Assembly: GCA_002269645.1 (NCBI GenBank)
Contig: NIVC01000413.1
Coordinates: 496,001 to 560,000 of the forward strand
Source of the DNA: Macrostomum lignano
Lineage: Eukaryota
Direction of reading: 5' to 3'
DNA length: 64,000 nt
In this document: in pieces, positions 62,901-64,000 of the stretch
How positions within the stretch are numbered: position 1 is the first letter of the stretch
How the letters are laid out: every line of letters begins with the position of its first letter
The notes under the pieces: model-generated
What the model was told of the DNA's origin: nothing
Databases searched by the model: none
What the model saw: the letters and a program-made list of their open reading frames with translations, nothing else
Translations under genes and position numbers: made by a program

Positions 62901-63888
62901 ATAGACGCGAGCCTCACTGTACGCGACTAAACTATAAAATATTCATACATGCAAAGAGGGCCAGTGTCAAAATTAAATTAATTAGAGTTTAGAAGGTACC
63001 ATTCCGACGAGTTATGACAGAATTAAAGTACAATTTGACGAAGGTAGCCTGAACATAATTTATTCTATGATTGATGGTCTGGAGCATTTTTAAAGCGTTT
63101 TTTCCAATAATTCAAACAGCTTGCTCTACTGACTTTTCATAGTAGTATTTATTTTAGTCTACCCATTTGAACATCAAATATGACAAAAAATTAAGACATC
63201 AAGAAAGAACACATTAAATATTTCCAATGACCAGCTTACATGATTTTAGCTAATAATGATAGTATTCATAAATTATACAACTAATTAAAAATAGAATAAA
63301 TAGAAAAAATAGACATACGCTCGTAAAAATAATGTACTAGCAGTAAACTTGCTAACTGGCCATCAACACAAAAACTTTTCACTTCCTGTGTATTTTGTTT
63401 TTCACTCAACAGAAAACAGTTCCAATGCAAAAGTATGGGGAAATGAAAAATACGGTTATTATGTAGTAATAAAAAGGAACATAATTGTAGTTAGTTCTTA
63501 TCTTCAAGTCTCAGTCCAGCTGCTATTCGATGCGTGCATGAACAATACGAGCTAATTATATATTAGTGCATATGAAATTCATAGCTATGTAAGTAAACGA
63601 AATTTTCATCAACAACAAGAGCTAGCTCGTATGCGCTAAATTTACTGTCCTCTGAAACACAGATACCAGATTAAAATAACTACAGATAGACCATTTACGC
63701 ACGTTTGCTTAGTGAAACAGTTCAGTAGCAAAGTAGAATGCATAAGCTATTTTATAAAAAAAGGTAGTTAAAACCATTTTAATAGGTTTAAATAGCGAAA
63801 GCTTCTTGAAAGAAAAACAACTTGCTATAGTTTCAGCCGTAATATAAATTGGCCCACGCCTCCGAAATGCGTACATATTAGCTTTATA

Positions 63889-64000
63889 GTAGGAGGTTTT
63901 GTACGGAGACACGCGGTCGGAGGAGTTCAGGAGGGCAATAACAATTGGGCGGCGGGCCGGGGGTAGGAGGTTTTGTGCGGAGACACGCGGTCGGAGGGGT
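63889..64000. repeat. Direct repeat of about 35 bp (GTAGGAGGTTTTGTRCGGAGACACGCGGTCGGAGG), cut by the window end
   Basis: Two copies at about 63889 and 63963. Confidence 0.7.

Overview
Eukaryotic animal genomic DNA with GT-AG introns, dense intronic minisatellites and GATA arrays. The repeat style suggests a free-living flatworm such as Macrostomum, which is inference only. Splice models with consistent exon phases were built by eye for BROX (-, 6 coding exons, CAAX end), TTI1 (+), a USP44/USP49-like deubiquitinase (+), two PAN/apple + C-type lectin paralogues (-, one frameshifted), a short neuropeptide precursor releasing seven AYG(V/A)VPW-amide peptides (-) and an SLC49A4/DIRC2-like MFS transporter (-). 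Mobile DNA includes a truncated Penelope-like element (RT-thumb and GIY-YIG remnants) with an apparently intact minimal hammerhead ribozyme, tRNA-derived SINEs, MITEs and a hAT transposase remnant. About 30 tandem arrays explain most long ORFs in the track. The strongest leads are the PWamide precursor, the hammerhead/Penelope element, an operon-like TTI1-USP junction and the mosaic lectin pair. Family assignments come from remembered motif similarity, not database searches. Repeat boundaries are approximate.
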